Shown here piece by piece: positions 63,852 to 64,000 of a DNA stretch of 64,000 bases. A model generated the notes under the pieces. That model was not told the DNA's origin and made no database searches. It saw only the letters and a program-made list of their open reading frames with translations. Numbering within the stretch: position 1 is the stretch's first letter; every line of letters begins with the position of its first letter. The position numbers and the translations under genes are program-made. This DNA comes from a virus: positions 1 to 64,000 of IMG/VR virus record IMGVR_UViG_3300042898_001429. One strand, 5' to 3'.

Positions 63852-64000
63852 TAGTACCTCACTATATAGTTTAGAACCATTGTTGGCTGCATTACGCTAT
63901 GAGATTCAGCAGCAGATGCAGCCGTGTTGGGTTGGTTGCTCATCGTTACAGAACCTGAAATTGAACCAGCAGGGGTAAAAGAGTGTGCATGACGAGCAGA
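63851..64000 (-). CDS. C-terminus of a tail-collar-type fibre protein (partial)
   Basis: Open frame ending ...HAHSF...HSVMQPTMVLNYIVRY*, coupled to the next ATG. Confidence 0.65.
   Translation of the reverse strand, partial: SARHAHSFTPAGSISGSVTMSNQPNTAASAAESHSVMQPTMVLNYIVRY

Noticed and set aside
49-63978. Most plus-strand and nested ORFs in the track (e.g. 49..255, 240..470, 6401..6751, 31114..31509, 61130..61561)
   Set aside because: Antisense or alternate-frame shadows of well-supported minus-strand genes.
1-64000. tRNA genes, integrase, inteins/introns, stop-codon recoding
   Set aside because: Intergenic gaps are short with no cloverleaf noticed; no integrase; core genes (polA, dnaB, recA, terL, capsid) are uninterrupted and of normal length in code 11.

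Overview
A 64 kb segment of a lytic, contractile-tailed (myovirus-type) dsDNA phage, almost all on the minus strand with tight TAATG/ATGA stop-start coupling. WhiB, an Rpf-family lytic transglycosylase and apparent leaderless promoters point to an Actinomycetota host; moderate GC suggests a low-GC, possibly freshwater, lineage (inference). In transcription order, from the right end: tail-fibre/receptor-binding cassette, endolysin, terminase, portal-scaffold-major capsid, neck, sheath, tube, chaperone, tape measure, baseplate. Then come a short plus-strand island (basic mini-proteins, Dps) and a replication/recombination module (initiator with iterons, DnaC-like loader, DnaB, primase, SNF2, SSB, PolA, RecA, nucleases). 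An accessory region follows with SpoVS, an array of small paralogous proteins with conserved N-terminal leaders, RmlB, a nucleotidase, WhiB and Rpf. Best leads: (1) the conserved-leader/variable-body small-protein array at 5.9-10.5 kb; (2) a canonical -1 frameshift signal extending the large disordered protein inside that array; (3) a free-standing secreted Rpf missed by the ORF track; (4) palindromic iterons in the initiator gene; (5) a +1/-2 chaperone frameshift; (6) apparent avoidance of several 4-bp palindromes. Family assignments come from motif recognition by eye, not database searches. Some starts were moved from the ORF track to better-supported codons.
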